From Synechococcus sp. (GTDB lineage: Bacteria; Cyanobacteriota; Cyanobacteriia; PCC-6307; Cyanobiaceae), in contig JBJBCN010000003.1 of assembly GCA_047285805.1 (NCBI GenBank), forward strand, positions 640,001-704,000: a stretch of DNA of 64,000 bases. Direction: 5' to 3'. Under the pieces are notes generated by a model. It was not told where the DNA came from, searched no databases, and saw nothing but the letters and a program-made list of their open reading frames with translations. Within the stretch, counting starts at the first letter, position 1. Every line of letters starts with the position of its first letter. A program made the position numbers and the translations under genes. Positions 1 to 12,775 of the stretch are shown piece by piece.

Positions 1-128
1 TGCGAGCAGAATTCGTCTACTGGTGAGTGGGGTAGGTGGCGTGATCAGCGCTGAATGCAGACGAAGTCCTATCCGTTGAGCGTGCGTTTGTATTGCGTCA
101 CCCCTTATTTCGTAAGGGCTTCCGGTGT

Positions 129-282
129 GCCTGGTCAAACCAGCTGGGCCAGTTCAGCAGCAAGACGAACAGCACCCACAGCAGCCCCGAGCTGATTCGA
201 GGCCATCGCCTTCTCTTGAACCTTGGCGAGGGCGGCAAGCTTTTCTGCCAGGATGTCGCTGGTTCGAACCCGGCACCGGGCA
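129..282 (+). ncRNA. tRNA-like non-coding RNA (acceptor stem + T-arm enclosing a ~120-nt insert); possibly the picocyanobacterial Yfr103-type RNA
   Basis: GCCTGGT (129-135) pairs with ACCGGGC (275-281), followed by discriminator-like A282. T-arm GCTGG-TTCGAAC-CCGGC (258-274) is canonical. No normal D or anticodon arm. The Yfr103 identity is from memory and unverified. Confidence 0.6.
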
Positions 283-291
283 TCAACGTTG

Positions 292-1830
292 TTAGTGAGC
301 TGAGGACAGCTCACCTCCGCGGCCGCCCGCCTCTTCCGCCACGCCGATCCGGGCGAACAGGTTCAGGCTCTCGTCGTTCAGGTTGATCACCTCGACTTGG
401 GTGCCGCCGAGCTTGAGCTTGCGGATGACCTGATCGAGGGCGGTCACACCGCTTTGATCCCAGATGTGGGCCTCGCCCATGTCGATCGTGACGCGAGCGG
501 GATGCTCGTGCAGCTCAAAGCCCTGCCGGAAGTAGATGCTGCTGACGAAGAACAGCTGACCGCGGACGCGGTAGATGCGGTGCTCGCTGCCGCTGAGCTC
601 GCTGCTGACCTCGATCACCTTGGCTACCTTGCGGCTGAAGAGGATCCCCGCCAGGGCTACACCGGAGAGCAGGCCCACCGCCAGGTTGTGGGTCAGCACA
701 GTCACGACCACTGTCAGGAGCATCACCGAGGTGTCGCTCCTGGGGATGCGGCGGATGCTCCGGATCGAATCCCAGTTGGCGGTGTTGATGGCGATCATCA
801 CCATCACCCCCACCAGGGTGGCCATTGGGATCTGATTGACCCATTGGCTGGCAAGCAGGATCATCGCCAGCAGGCTCACGCCCGAGGTGAGGGTGGAGAG
901 GCGGGTGCGGCCGCCGTAGCCCACGTTCATCACCGATTGGCCCACCAGGGCGCAGCCGGCCATGCCGCCGAAGAACGAACTAATGATGTTGCCGATGCCT
1001 TGGCCGCGGGCTTCCTGGTTTTTGTGGGACGAGCTGTCGGTGACGTCGTCGAGGATGTCCTGGGTCAGGAAGGTTTCCATCAGGCCCACCAGGGAGATGG
1101 CCAGGGCTGTCGGCAGGATCAGGCCCAGGGTCCCCGTGGTGAAGGGAACCTGCGGGATGCCGAATTGGGGCAGGCCGCTCGGCAGGGTGCCAAGGCTGCT
1201 CACGGTGGGCACGTCGAGGCCCATGCGAATGGAGATCCCCGTTGAAATCAAGATCGCCATCAGGGCTGAAGGAACGACCTTGGTGAAGCGCGGCATCACG
1301 TAGATGATCACTAGGGTCAGGGCCATCAGGCCCCAGACCTCAGGCAGCTGCCCCGCGGTGACCGCCACCTTCTCGGGGTGGAAGAAATCAAGTCCCAACT
1401 GGGGCAGTTGCGCCAGGAAGATCAGGATCGCCAGGGCGTTCACAAAGCCCGCCATGACCGGTTGGGGCACAAAGCGCATCTGGTGGGCAAGCCGTAAATA
1501 GCCCCAGGCGATCTGCAGAACACCCGTCAGGATCCCGGCCGCCAGCAAGTACTGCAGGCCCATGCCTTCGCCCAGGGCGTTGCCCTGCTCCACTAGCCCC
1601 GTCATCAGCAGGGCGGTGGAGCCCGTGGCCGAGGTGATCATCGCGGTGCGCCCGCCGAAAACCGCGAGGGTCACCGACAGCATGAAGGCGCCGAACAGGC
1701 CGACCCTCGGGTCCACGCCGGCGATGCCGGAGAAGGCGATGGCCTCCGGGATCATCGCGAAGGCCACCACCAGGCCCGAGAGGATGTCCCGATGGGGCTT
1801 GCCCCACCATTCTTTGAGGGCGAGATTCAT
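292..1830 (-). CDS. SulP-family anion (bicarbonate/sulfate) transporter with C-terminal STAS domain
   Basis: [31 protein letters not shown] and STAS motifs GQLFF...IWDQSG. Start taken at MNLALKEW. Confidence 0.9.
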   Translation of the reverse strand: MNLALKEWWGKPHRDILSGLVVAFAMIPEAIAFSGIAGVDPRVGLFGAFMLSVTLAVFGGRTAMITSATGSTALLMTGLVEQGNALGEGMGLQYLLAAGILTGVLQIAWGYLRLAHQMRFVPQPVMAGFVNALAILIFLAQLPQLGLDFFHPEKVAVTAGQLPEVWGLMALTLVIIYVMPRFTKVVPSALMAILISTGISIRMGLDVPTVSSLGTLPSGLPQFGIPQVPFTTGTLGLILPTALAISLVGLMETFLTQDILDDVTDSSSHKNQEARGQGIGNIISSFFGGMAGCALVGQSVMNVGYGGRTRLSTLTSGVSLLAMILLASQWVNQIPMATLVGVMVMIAINTANWDSIRSIRRIPRSDTSVMLLTVVVTVLTHNLAVGLLSGVALAGILFSRKVAKVIEVSSELSGSEHRIYRVRGQLFFVSSIYFRQGFELHEHPARVTIDMGEAHIWDQSGVTALDQVIRKLKLGGTQVEVINLNDESLNLFARIGVAEEAGGRGGELSSAH

Positions 1831-1861
1831 AGGGCCTGCGGCTGCTGTCGTTTGGCGTTCC

Positions 1862-2776
1862 CTACTGGGAATCACCCGCTGGGGCCGACCCTATCAGTGC
1901 TGCACTTACGGTCCAGAGGCGTGCACAGGCTTCGACGTCCAGCGCTTGAGGGGGCATGCGGCAGATGGTTGGGTAGCCCTGGAGGTTCCCGAACCCTCCC
2001 GGTCCGTAGAACACCCCGGCTTTGGCGTCCGGTGCCGTCGCGGCAAAGAGCTGGGGTAGGGCCCCCATTGCGGCGCTCTGAAAGAGCGGATCCATCAGGC
2101 GGTAGACCAACCCCTCGAACTTGGCGTTTTTGGCAGCCACGGAGGTGGGCTGCAGGTTGGTGCGGGCCAGCCCCGGGTGGGCCACAAGCGAGAGCACGCT
2201 AGAGCCCTCCTCCTCCAGCTGGCGCTGGAGGAGGAGGGCTGTCATGGCGTTGGCGAGCTTGCTTTGGCCGTAGGCATCCCAGGGCCGGTAACGCGTCTCG
2301 CCCTGCAGATCATCGAATTGGATTCGGCCGAAGTAGGCCGCTCCAGAACTCACATGCACGATCCGGCCGCTGGGGCTCCGCTTCAGCAGGGGGAGTAGGG
2401 CTTGGGTCAAGGCGACATGGCCCAGGTGGTTCACCGCAAATTGCAGTTCAAAGCCCTGGCGGCTCAAGGTCCGGGGCGGTGCCATCACCCCGGCGTTGTT
2501 CAGCAGGAGGTCGAGCTGTTCGACTTGGGTGGCGGCCCGCTGCACGCTTTCCACGTCCGCCAGGTCCAGTTCGAGCGGGATCAGCTCTCCGCCGGTTTCC
2601 GAGCGCAGGGCTGCGGCGGTGCTGCTGGCCCTCTCCAAGCTGCGGCAGGCCAGCAGCACGGTGGCGCCCTTGGCGGCCAGGGCCCGCGCGCTTTCGAGGC
2701 CCAAGCCACTGTTGGCGCCAGTGATCAGGGCGGTCCGCCCCCGTTGATCGGGGATGTCAGCGGTGGTCCAGGGCAC
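1862..2776 (-). CDS. Short-chain dehydrogenase/reductase (retinol-DH/WWOX-like)
   Basis: [19 protein letters not shown] and HPG motifs. GTG start at [11 protein letters not shown]. Confidence 0.9.
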   Translation of the reverse strand: MPWTTADIPDQRGRTALITGANSGLGLESARALAAKGATVLLACRSLERASSTAAALRSETGGELIPLELDLADVESVQRAATQVEQLDLLLNNAGVMAPPRTLSRQGFELQFAVNHLGHVALTQALLPLLKRSPSGRIVHVSSGAAYFGRIQFDDLQGETRYRPWDAYGQSKLANAMTALLLQRQLEEEGSSVLSLVAHPGLARTNLQPTSVAAKNAKFEGLVYRLMDPLFQSAAMGALPQLFAATAPDAKAGVFYGPGGFGNLQGYPTICRMPPQALDVEACARLWTVSAALIGSAPAGDSQ

Positions 2777-2790
2777 GTTGAGGTCGGGCA

Positions 2791-3606
2791 CTACGGTCCC
2801 AATCGTCTCGCCCGCAGCTCCAGCACCGTGGGCCCAACCCAGAAACTGCCGGGGTCTGAGGCGGCCGCCTGGATCTGCTCGAGCGCTTCGTTTTGATTGG
2901 CCGTGCTCCAGAGCCCGAGCCGCAGCAGTTGCAGCCCATAGACCGCGACAAAGCGCTCCATCCATTGGGCCGCCATCGATCCCTGGGGGCCCAGCACAGG
3001 CAGGGGGAGCAACTCTTCGATCTGCCAGCCCCGAGTACTCAGCAGGGATGGCAGCCTGCGGTTCACGTCCGGATCTCCGCCGGCGGCGCGGAAGCTCTGT
3101 TGACAGGCCTGCCCGAACCTCGCGACCGCATCCGCCTTGGGATGGAGGGCGAAGGTGTCCCAGTGGACGTATTCGTGGACGAGCAGCTGGGCGCCCACCG
3201 GTAGGCAGTGCTCCAGGCCCGCCAGCAGGGGTTCGAGGTCCGGCAGAAACATCGCCAGCCAGCGGCACCAGGCCAGATCGAAGTGCTCGTCCGGCCAGGG
3301 ATCCTTCAGCAGATCGTGCTGGCGGAACTCGAGTTGCGGCAGACCGTTTCTTTGGGCGAGGGCTTGGGCCTCGGCGGCGTAGTCGGCGCTGAGCTCCAGC
3401 CCCAGGACTCGTCCGGTGGGGCCTACGCGGGCCGCCAGGTCAGCGGCAGCAAAACCAGGACCGGCTCCCAAATCCAGCAACCGCTGGCCGCTCTCGATGC
3501 CGGCCCGCGTCCAGGCCGCTTCGCTGACGGGGGACCAGAGCTCGTGCTGAAAGCGCAGCCGCTCCAGCTCGCTCTGATGGGTTCCGAGGACGTAGTCCGA
3601 GGCCAT
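2791..3606 (-). CDS. Class I SAM-dependent methyltransferase
   Basis: YVLG..ELERL N-terminus and LLDLGAGPG motif I. Confidence 0.85.
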   Translation of the reverse strand: MASDYVLGTHQSELERLRFQHELWSPVSEAAWTRAGIESGQRLLDLGAGPGFAAADLAARVGPTGRVLGLELSADYAAEAQALAQRNGLPQLEFRQHDLLKDPWPDEHFDLAWCRWLAMFLPDLEPLLAGLEHCLPVGAQLLVHEYVHWDTFALHPKADAVARFGQACQQSFRAAGGDPDVNRRLPSLLSTRGWQIEELLPLPVLGPQGSMAAQWMERFVAVYGLQLLRLGLWSTANQNEALEQIQAAASDPGSFWVGPTVLELRARRLGP

Positions 3607-3617
3607 CGCCCCGCAAC

Positions 3618-3872
3618 TCAGTCTTCGGGGAACAGCAGGGAGGCGAGTTCGTCGGGATCCACGTCGTAAACGCGGGCCAGGCTGGTCTCGATCGCTGCGG
3701 TGACCTCGCCGGGTAGGAAGCGCATTGCGCTGAGGGCGTCGTCGGTGATCTCGTCGGTCAGAAGCTTGTCTCCGCCAAGCTTCTCGTCATTGATGACGGC
3801 CATCACCCAGCTCTGATAGGCGTACACCAGATCGGAAAACTCCAGCTCGGCGTCGTTGAAGTCGAGGGCCAT
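3618..3872 (-). CDS. Small acidic conserved hypothetical protein
   Basis: 84-aa ORF MALDFNDAELEF with host-like codon usage, packed directly upstream of the methyltransferase. Confidence 0.7.
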   Translation of the reverse strand: MALDFNDAELEFSDLVYAYQSWVMAVINDEKLGGDKLLTDEITDDALSAMRFLPGEVTAAIETSLARVYDVDPDELASLLFPED

Positions 3873-3925
3873 GGCTCGGCGTTCACTTGACCGCAGTCTG
3901 CACACCAATGAGGAGGATGGATGTC

Positions 3926-4384
3926 ATGACAACTGCATCTCCTGACCCACTTGCCCTGCAGGCGACCTTGGTGGATTTCGCCTTGGCAGAGTTGGTGCGC
4001 CAAAACCGCGACAGCTTTCCTCCCCTCTGGACCAGTGAGAGCTGGGCGAAATTGCTGATTTGGCTGGCCCTGAACTGCGGCTGCAGCGGCGACCAGTCGG
4101 GCCTGAAGAAGTTCGCGGAGTCCATCGGTGCGGCGCAGACCGCGCGGATGCGCCGGGTCTTTTTCGAGCGGGAGCTGGGGGATCTGGAACTGCAGCTGAT
4201 GGCCGATCCCGCGGAACAGCAGGTTTTGGTTTTGCCCCAGGGCCCCGCTGATGAGGTGCTCGACTTCGATCGCATTGCCCGTGGGCTGGAGCGTGTCGGT
4301 TTGAGCGAGCGGCTGCCGGTGGAGCGGGAGCGCTGGCAACGCTTGGATTCTCTCGTGGCGATCCCCTGGCTGGAGTCCCTGTGA
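3926..4384 (+). CDS. Conserved hypothetical protein
   Basis: AGGAGG upstream; stop overlaps the next start (GTGA). Confidence 0.7.
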   Translation: MTTASPDPLALQATLVDFALAELVRQNRDSFPPLWTSESWAKLLIWLALNCGCSGDQSGLKKFAESIGAAQTARMRRVFFERELGDLELQLMADPAEQQVLVLPQGPADEVLDFDRIARGLERVGLSERLPVERERWQRLDSLVAIPWLESL

Positions 4385-5010
4385 CGGACCTGATCGCCCG
4401 CTACAGCAATCCCGGTTTTGAGGCCCTCTCCGATGGGGTGATGGCCTTCTTTGATCGTCGCGCGGACCTGCAGCGCTCTGGTGTGGCGTTTGGCCCTGAG
4501 GGCCAAGGAGAGCCCGCCAAGGTCTCGACCGACATCAGCCTGGTGACGATCGACCGCTCGGACCCTGAGGCCTTCGCCCTGGCGGAGGTGATCCTGCGGG
4601 GGGTGACGGCTGGCCTGGAGCGCTACCTGCAGGAGCGGCCGCTGTTCCGTGACTGCTGCCCGGACCAGGAGCTCTTCGTCAATCCGATCTTCAACCTGCA
4701 GCGCTATGCCCCCGGCGAGGGCTTCAAGCGCTGGCACTGCGACTGGACCATCAGCGATGAGGCCACTGAGCCGGTGCACCGCGTCTTGGCCTGGATCTTG
4801 TATTGCAACAGCGTCGAGGAGGCCGGCACCGAGTTCCACTGGCAGGGGCACCACGAAGAGGCTCAGCGCGGCAAGCTCGTCTTGTTCCCTGCCGGGCCTT
4901 CCCACATCCATCGCGGCCGGGTGAATCAGAGCGAGAGCAAAACCATTGCCACCGGTTGGATCAATGCCGGCAGCCGCGAGGGCTATCTCAAACGCCTGGC
5001 GGCGGGCTAA
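4381..5010 (+). CDS. 2OG-Fe(II) oxygenase
   Basis: WHCD (HxD), GKLVLFPA and HIHRG motifs. Confidence 0.85.
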   Translation: MTDLIARYSNPGFEALSDGVMAFFDRRADLQRSGVAFGPEGQGEPAKVSTDISLVTIDRSDPEAFALAEVILRGVTAGLERYLQERPLFRDCCPDQELFVNPIFNLQRYAPGEGFKRWHCDWTISDEATEPVHRVLAWILYCNSVEEAGTEFHWQGHHEEAQRGKLVLFPAGPSHIHRGRVNQSESKTIATGWINAGSREGYLKRLAAG

Positions 5011-5059
5011 GTCGCCGGCGGCCCTTTGCGAGCATGGGTGGATTGCCTGATCTGCTTCC

Positions 5060-7840
5060 GTGACCGAGCTCACCGCCGCTGCTCCTGCCACCGCTGCGGA
5101 GGGTCTATCCAAGACGTACGACCCGGTGGGCACCGAGGCGCGTTGGCAGCAGGCCTGGGAAACCCAAGGCGCCTTTCACCCGGACCCGAAGGCTCCCGGT
5201 GAGCCGTTTTCGGTGGTGATTCCACCGCCGAACGTGACCGGCAGCCTGCACATGGGTCACGCCTTCAACACGGCCCTGATCGACACGATTGTCCGCTTCC
5301 AGCGGCTCCAGGGCAAAAACGTGTTGTGCCTGCCCGGCACCGACCACGCCTCGATCGCCGTCCAGACGATCCTAGAGAAGCAGCTCAAAGCCGACGGCAA
5401 GCGCAAGGAAGACGTCGGCCGTGAGGCCTTCCTGGAGAAGGCCTGGAAGTGGAAGGCCCAGAGCGGCGGCACTATCGTCGGGCAGCTGCGCCGCCTTGGT
5501 TATTCGGTGGACTGGCGCCGGGAGCGCTTCACCCTCGACGCCGGCTGCAGCGAAGCGGTGATCGAGGCCTTCAACTGCCTGCATGAGAAGAGCTTGATCT
5601 ACCGGGGCGAGTACCTGGTGAATTGGTGCCCAGCCTCCGGATCAGCCGTGAGCGATCTGGAGGTGGAGATGAAGGAGGTGGATGGTCACCTCTGGCATTT
5701 CCGTTATCCCCTCAGCAGCGGCCAGGGCTTCTTGGAGGTGGCGACGACCCGCCCCGAAACCCTCCTCGGTGACACCGGCGTGGCTGTGAACCCGAAGGAC
5801 CCCCGCTATGTGGAGTTGGTGGGCCAAACCCTGACCCTACCGCTGGTGGGCCGGGAGATTCTGATCGTGGCCGATGACCACGTCGACGCCGAGTTTGGGA
5901 CGGGCTGCGTCAAGGTCACCCCCGCCCACGACCCCAATGACTTCGCGATCGGCCAGCGCCACAACCTGCCGCTGATCACGGTGATGGCGAAGGACGGCTC
6001 GATGAACGAGGCCGCCGGTCGCTTTCAAGGACTCGATCGCTTTGAAGCGCGTAAGGCCGTGGTGGCGGCAATGGAGGAGGAGGGCTTGCTGGTGAAAGTG
6101 GAGGACTACCGCCACAGCGTTCCCTTCTCCGACCGGGGCAAGGTGCCCGTGGAGCCCCTGCTCTCCACCCAGTGGTTCGTCAAAACCGAGCCCTTGGCGG
6201 CCCGCTGCCGCGAGGCCCTCGAGAACGCTGATCCCCGATTTGTGCCGGAGCGTTGGAGCAAGGTCTACCGCGATTGGCTCACGGACATTCGCGATTGGTG
6301 CATCTCCCGCCAGCTCTGGTGGGGCCACCGCATCCCGGCTTGGTTTGTGGTCAGCGAGACCGGCGGTGTTATCACCGACTCCACCCCCTATGTGGTGGCG
6401 CGTGATGAAGCGGAGGCCCAGGGCAAAGCGGATGCCCAGTTCGGTGCTGGTGCTGCCCTCGAGCAGGATCCGGACGCCCTCGACACCTGGTTCTCCAGTG
6501 GTCTCTGGCCCTTCTCCACCATGGGTTGGCCCAATGCCGAGGCGGCCGATCTGCAGCGCTGGTACCCCACCAGCGTGCTGGTGACGGGCTTCGACATCAT
6601 CTTTTTCTGGGTGGCCCGGATGACGATGATGGCCGGCGCCTTCACTGGGCGGATGCCCTTCCAGGACGTCTACATCCACGGCCTGGTGCGGGATGAGAAC
6701 AACCGCAAGATGAGCAAGTCGGCGGGCAATGGCATCGACCCGCTGCTGCTGATCGATCGCTATGGCGCCGACGCCCTGCGCTTTGCCCTGGTGCGCGAGG
6801 TGGCCGGTGCCGGCCAGGACATTCGCCTGGACTACGACCGCAAGTCGGAAACCTCCGCGACGGTGGAGGCCTCACGCAACTTCGCTAACAAGCTCTGGAA
6901 CGTCACCCGCTTCGCCCTGATGAACCTGGGCGGCGAGACCCCTGAGAGCCTGGGTGAGCCAGATCCCGCTGCCCTGCAGCTGGCGGACCGTTGGATCCTG
7001 TCGCGTTTGGCCCGAGTGAACCGAGATAGCGCTGAGCGCTATGGCAGCTACGGCCTTGGCGAGGCGGCCAAGGGGCTCTATGAATTCGCCTGGAACGAGG
7101 TCTGCGACTGGTACGTCGAGCTGATCAAGCGCCGCTTGAACCCCGGCGAGAACCCTAGTTCTGAAGCCCTCGCGGATCAACGCACGGCCCGCCAGGTGCT
7201 GGCCAAGGCTCTGAATGAATTGCTGGTGATGCTGCATCCGCTGATGCCCCACCTCAGCGAGGAGCTCTGGCATGGCCTCAACGGCGAGCTCGAGGAGACG
7301 TTCCTGGCCCTGCAGCCCTGGCCGACCTTCGACGTCTCGGCTCTGGATGAAGACTTGGAGGCGTCCTTCGCCGACCTGATTGACGCGATTCGCGTGGTGC
7401 GCAACCTGCGGGCGGTGGCGGGTCTGAAGCCCAGCCAGAGCGTTCCGGTGCGGTTCGTAACGGGTCGCAGTGCGTTGGCGTCGGTGCTCAGTTCCGCCAC
7501 CCCGGACATCATGGCCTTGTCCCGGGCGGAGCGGGTGGAGGTGCTGGACCCTGCCGCCGCTGAGGCCAATCCCGCCGCGAAGGCCCTGGCCGGGGTGAGC
7601 GGTGAACTTCAGGTGTTGCTGCCGATCGACGGTCTGGTGGATCTCGATGCGCTGCGGGGCCGGCTGGAGAAGGACATTGCCAAGGCGGAGAAGGAGATCA
7701 AGGGGCTCTCGGGTCGCCTTTCCAACCCCAATTTCGCCTCGAAGGCTCCCCCTGAGGTGGTGGTGGAGTGCCAGGCCAACTTGGCGGAAGCGGAGGCCCA
7801 GGCGGAGCTGGCCCGCAAGCGCCTGGCCGACCTGGGTTGA
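5060..7840 (+). CDS. valS: Valine--tRNA ligase
   Basis: [13 protein letters not shown] (HIGH), [17 protein letters not shown] and C-terminal coiled coil. Confidence 0.98.
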   Translation: MTELTAAAPATAAEGLSKTYDPVGTEARWQQAWETQGAFHPDPKAPGEPFSVVIPPPNVTGSLHMGHAFNTALIDTIVRFQRLQGKNVLCLPGTDHASIAVQTILEKQLKADGKRKEDVGREAFLEKAWKWKAQSGGTIVGQLRRLGYSVDWRRERFTLDAGCSEAVIEAFNCLHEKSLIYRGEYLVNWCPASGSAVSDLEVEMKEVDGHLWHFRYPLSSGQGFLEVATTRPETLLGDTGVAVNPKDPRYVELVGQTLTLPLVGREILIVADDHVDAEFGTGCVKVTPAHDPNDFAIGQRHNLPLITVMAKDGSMNEAAGRFQGLDRFEARKAVVAAMEEEGLLVKVEDYRHSVPFSDRGKVPVEPLLSTQWFVKTEPLAARCREALENADPRFVPERWSKVYRDWLTDIRDWCISRQLWWGHRIPAWFVVSETGGVITDSTPYVVARDEAEAQGKADAQFGAGAALEQDPDALDTWFSSGLWPFSTMGWPNAEAADLQRWYPTSVLVTGFDIIFFWVARMTMMAGAFTGRMPFQDVYIHGLVRDENNRKMSKSAGNGIDPLLLIDRYGADALRFALVREVAGAGQDIRLDYDRKSETSATVEASRNFANKLWNVTRFALMNLGGETPESLGEPDPAALQLADRWILSRLARVNRDSAERYGSYGLGEAAKGLYEFAWNEVCDWYVELIKRRLNPGENPSSEALADQRTARQVLAKALNELLVMLHPLMPHLSEELWHGLNGELEETFLALQPWPTFDVSALDEDLEASFADLIDAIRVVRNLRAVAGLKPSQSVPVRFVTGRSALASVLSSATPDIMALSRAERVEVLDPAAAEANPAAKALAGVSGELQVLLPIDGLVDLDALRGRLEKDIAKAEKEIKGLSGRLSNPNFASKAPPEVVVECQANLAEAEAQAELARKRLADLG

Positions 7841-8429
7841 TGGATTGGCAGAGCTGGCTCCCGGTTCTGCAGTCCCCCGCGGGGGCCCTGCTGTTCATCC
7901 CCCTATATGCGGTTTGGGTAACGCTGCTGTTGCCGGGGGTCTGGGCGTCGATGTTGGCCGGTGCCTTGTACGGCACTTGGTGGGGCAGCTTGATCGTCTT
8001 TGTTGGGGCCTGCCTCGGGGCTGAAGCGGCTTTTTTGCTGGGACGCACGTGGCTGCGTGGTTGGGCGATGCGCCGGCTTGAGTCGTTCCCCAAGCTGCAG
8101 GCGGTGGAGCAGGCAGTTAGCCGTGAGGGGTTGAAGCTGGTGCTGCTGACCCGCCTTTCTCCGGCGTTTCCGTTCTCCTTGCTCAACCTGGCCTATGGCC
8201 TGAGCGAGGTGAGCCTGCGCGATTACACGACTGGTCTGCTAGGGATCATCCCCGGCACGATCCTGTTCTGCGGCTTGGGGGCCCTCGCCGGTGATGTGGC
8301 CCGCTTCGGTGAGGTGCTCAGCGGTGAGGCGGATCCCTTCACCTGGACCCTGCGGGTGGTGGGCATCGCCGCCACGGTGGCCTCTGTCTGGCTGGTGGGC
8401 CGGGCTGCTCAGAGGGCCCTCAGTGCGGC

Positions 8430-8445
<16 letters not shown>
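7840..8445 (+). CDS. TVP38/TMEM64 (DedA/SNARE-associated) membrane protein
   Basis: LLTRLSPAFPFSLLNLAYGL motif; TGATG coupling to valS. Confidence 0.88.
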
Positions 8446-10648
<2,203 letters not shown>

Positions 10649-11077
10649 TCAGGCAGCGGCCATCTTTTGGATGCGATCGACCTTCCAGTCGTCCTCGATC
10701 TTCACGAAAGTGAAGTCCAGAGGCAGCTCGGCGTTGTCTTCAGCCTTGAGCTTTACGGTCAGGGTGATCTGGTCCTCCTGGATGCGGGGACGACCGGACT
10801 TGAGGTTGCGGTACTTGTTCAGCTGCAGGCCGGCCAAAAAGCGAATGAACTGCTGCCGGTTCACGTGGGAGCGATAGTTCTTTGTGGTCAGCAGGTAGGC
10901 GGCGTCAATGCGGCCGGAGGCGACCTGGGTGAAGAATTGCTTGATGACCGGATTGATCCCCCGGGCGTTCAGCACCAGCTTCACGGCGCTGATGGTCCAG
11001 TACAGGAGCAGGGCCCCGGCGCCAGCCAACAGGGCTTTGGTGCCGATCTGAGAGATTAGGGCCGTATTGAGGTCCAT
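10649..11077 (-). CDS. Conserved hypothetical protein (N-terminal TM, NTF2/DUF4864-like C-terminus)
   Basis: TM segment, then FFTQVASGRIDAAY...WKVDRI. Start at MDLNTAL. Confidence 0.7.
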   Translation of the reverse strand: MDLNTALISQIGTKALLAGAGALLLYWTISAVKLVLNARGINPVIKQFFTQVASGRIDAAYLLTTKNYRSHVNRQQFIRFLAGLQLNKYRNLKSGRPRIQEDQITLTVKLKAEDNAELPLDFTFVKIEDDWKVDRIQKMAAA

Positions 11078-11160
11078 CGCGCCCGGGACAAGTACATGCG
11101 GCCCATGAGTCTGACTGACGGACCCGTCAGAATGCGGCGCAGCCGTCCAGCTCCTCCGGC

Positions 11161-11691
11161 GTGCCCCTCGCACCGCTGCTGCCGCTGTATCACCGCCTAA
11201 ACCGCGAGCACTTCGAGGGTTCCCTGGCCAGCGCCGATGGGACCAGCCTTGTGAGCGTTCGTTGGAGCGATGGGCGCATGCGGCGCAGCGCCGGCCTGTA
11301 TCGCTATGGCCCCGGTGTCAGCGAGATCGTTCTCTCGCGGCCCCTGCTCGAACCGCTGCCGCTGGAGGCCTGCCTCAGCACCCTCTGCCACGAGATGATC
11401 CACGCCTGGATCCATCGGGTGGTGCGTGCCGACGAGGTCCACGGTCCCCATTTCCGGGCGCGGATGGCGGCTATTAATGGGGCGCAGCAGGAGTTTTTAG
11501 TCAGCGTCCGCCACAGTTTTCCGGTACCAGCCCAACCGGCGAAGTGGCTGGCCCGTTGCCCCTGCTGCGGTCTGCAGTCTCCCTATCGCCGTCGCCGCCA
11601 GGGGGTGGCGTGCCGGCGCTGCTGCGATCGTTTTGAAGGGGGCCGTTGGAGCGCCCGTTTCCAGCTGGTCTTCGAGCGCTCCGCGGCCTAA
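11161..11691 (+). CDS. SprT-family Zn metalloprotease
   Basis: TLCHEMIH (HExxH), HGPHF and C-terminal CxxC pairs. Confidence 0.9.
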   Translation: MPLAPLLPLYHRLNREHFEGSLASADGTSLVSVRWSDGRMRRSAGLYRYGPGVSEIVLSRPLLEPLPLEACLSTLCHEMIHAWIHRVVRADEVHGPHFRARMAAINGAQQEFLVSVRHSFPVPAQPAKWLARCPCCGLQSPYRRRRQGVACRRCCDRFEGGRWSARFQLVFERSAA

Positions 11692-11700
11692 GTTCCGCCC

Positions 11701-11805
11701 ATGACCACGGTTCTTTTGGTTTGGCAGCTCAGCGGCGTCTCGATCGCCTTGCTGGGCCTTGGGCGTGATCGCTGGTTGCGTGCCCGCCGCCTGGGTCGGG
11801 GCTAG
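11701..11805 (+). CDS. Putative 34-aa single-TM peptide
   Basis: MTTVLLVWQLSGVSIALLGLGRDRWLRARRLGRG fills the gap exactly; hydrophobic segment plus basic tail. Confidence 0.45.
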   Translation: MTTVLLVWQLSGVSIALLGLGRDRWLRARRLGRG

Positions 11806-11824
11806 GTCTCACTAGGCTGGGTTG

Positions 11825-12412
11825 ATGCGCGATTCCTACGACGACTGGTCTTCCGAGCGACCTGAGCGCTCGGCGTACCGGCGTGGGGAGCGAGGCTTGG
11901 ACCAACGGATGGACCAGTGGGTGTCAGCGGGTCGCCAGTTGGTCGATGGTGTCTCTGGCGCCCGACCCGGTGGTCGCCGCTCGTCTTCGGGCCTTCGCCT
12001 GGATCAGGTCGGACGTTGGGTGGAGGACAAGATCGACTGGCTGCTGGAAGATGATGACGGCTGGCGCGAGTCCTGGGAAGAGCCTGCGTCGCCACCCCAG
12101 AGCCGCCGCCAACCCTTAGACGCGATCTCCCGCCGGGGCCGATCCGTTCGCCTTGAGGCTCAGCCAGAACCCAGTGTCCTGGCGTTGGCCCAAGAACCTG
12201 TTGATCCGGACACTTGGCCGCAAGACGACAGTTTCACGCTGAACCGCTGGAAGCGCGAGGCCAGCCCACGGATGCCGGATCCCGCGCGTTCGGATCGCTC
12301 TCGTGCAGATCGAACCAGCTCAGATCGGACCGTGGAGGTCGTTGACTCTCAGCCGTTCGATGCCGGCCTGGGTAGGTCGTTGCCTCGCTCAACCCGGCGG
12401 CGGGCGCGCTGA
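11825..12412 (+). CDS. Conserved cyanobacterial hypothetical protein
   Basis: GRQLVDGVSGARPG and GRWVEDKIDWLLEDDDGW blocks. Confidence 0.75.
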   Translation: MRDSYDDWSSERPERSAYRRGERGLDQRMDQWVSAGRQLVDGVSGARPGGRRSSSGLRLDQVGRWVEDKIDWLLEDDDGWRESWEEPASPPQSRRQPLDAISRRGRSVRLEAQPEPSVLALAQEPVDPDTWPQDDSFTLNRWKREASPRMPDPARSDRSRADRTSSDRTVEVVDSQPFDAGLGRSLPRSTRRRAR

Positions 12413-12705
12413 ATCTGGTGCTTGGATCGCCGGGTTCGGGTTCTACGTTCTTGCACCTGGAATGTGCAGCCCTGCTCGCGCAGTTGGGCGTTCACCGGTG
12501 CGATCAAGTCGCGGGGAACGTCCTCGGCCATTTGCTCGACGCTGGTACTGATTGAGGCGCAGCCGTCCGAGAGCAGTTCAAGGAGGGAAGCCCACTGTTC
12601 GACGAGGGTTGACTGGGACGGACTGGCGCTGGTGTGGGGCCGTCTGCGGGAGCGGCTCCTGAGGGGAATCACGGTGATGACCATCGCTTGCGCTAAGTCA
12701 ATCAT
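12349..12705 (-). CDS. Hypothetical protein
   Basis: ORF occupies the gap between flanking genes; no recognisable motif. Confidence 0.4.
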   Translation of the reverse strand: MIDLAQAMVITVIPLRSRSRRRPHTSASPSQSTLVEQWASLLELLSDGCASISTSVEQMAEDVPRDLIAPVNAQLREQGCTFQVQERRTRTRRSKHQIQRARRRVERGNDLPRPASNG

Positions 12706-12775
12706 CCCGCCAGCACATCGGGACGCAAGCTGTCAACCCTCTTCTGGTTCAACTCGTAACACCTGCAAGAAAATG

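Noticed and set aside
129..282. Canonical tRNA, tmRNA or SRP RNA call
   Set aside because: No D or anticodon arm at normal spacing, no Ala-type tmRNA acceptor and no SRP GGAA domain IV motif.
93..386. ORFs 93-386 (+) and 98-286 (-)
   Set aside because: They overlap the tRNA-like RNA (and, for the + ORF, the SulP 3' end) and have no protein motifs.
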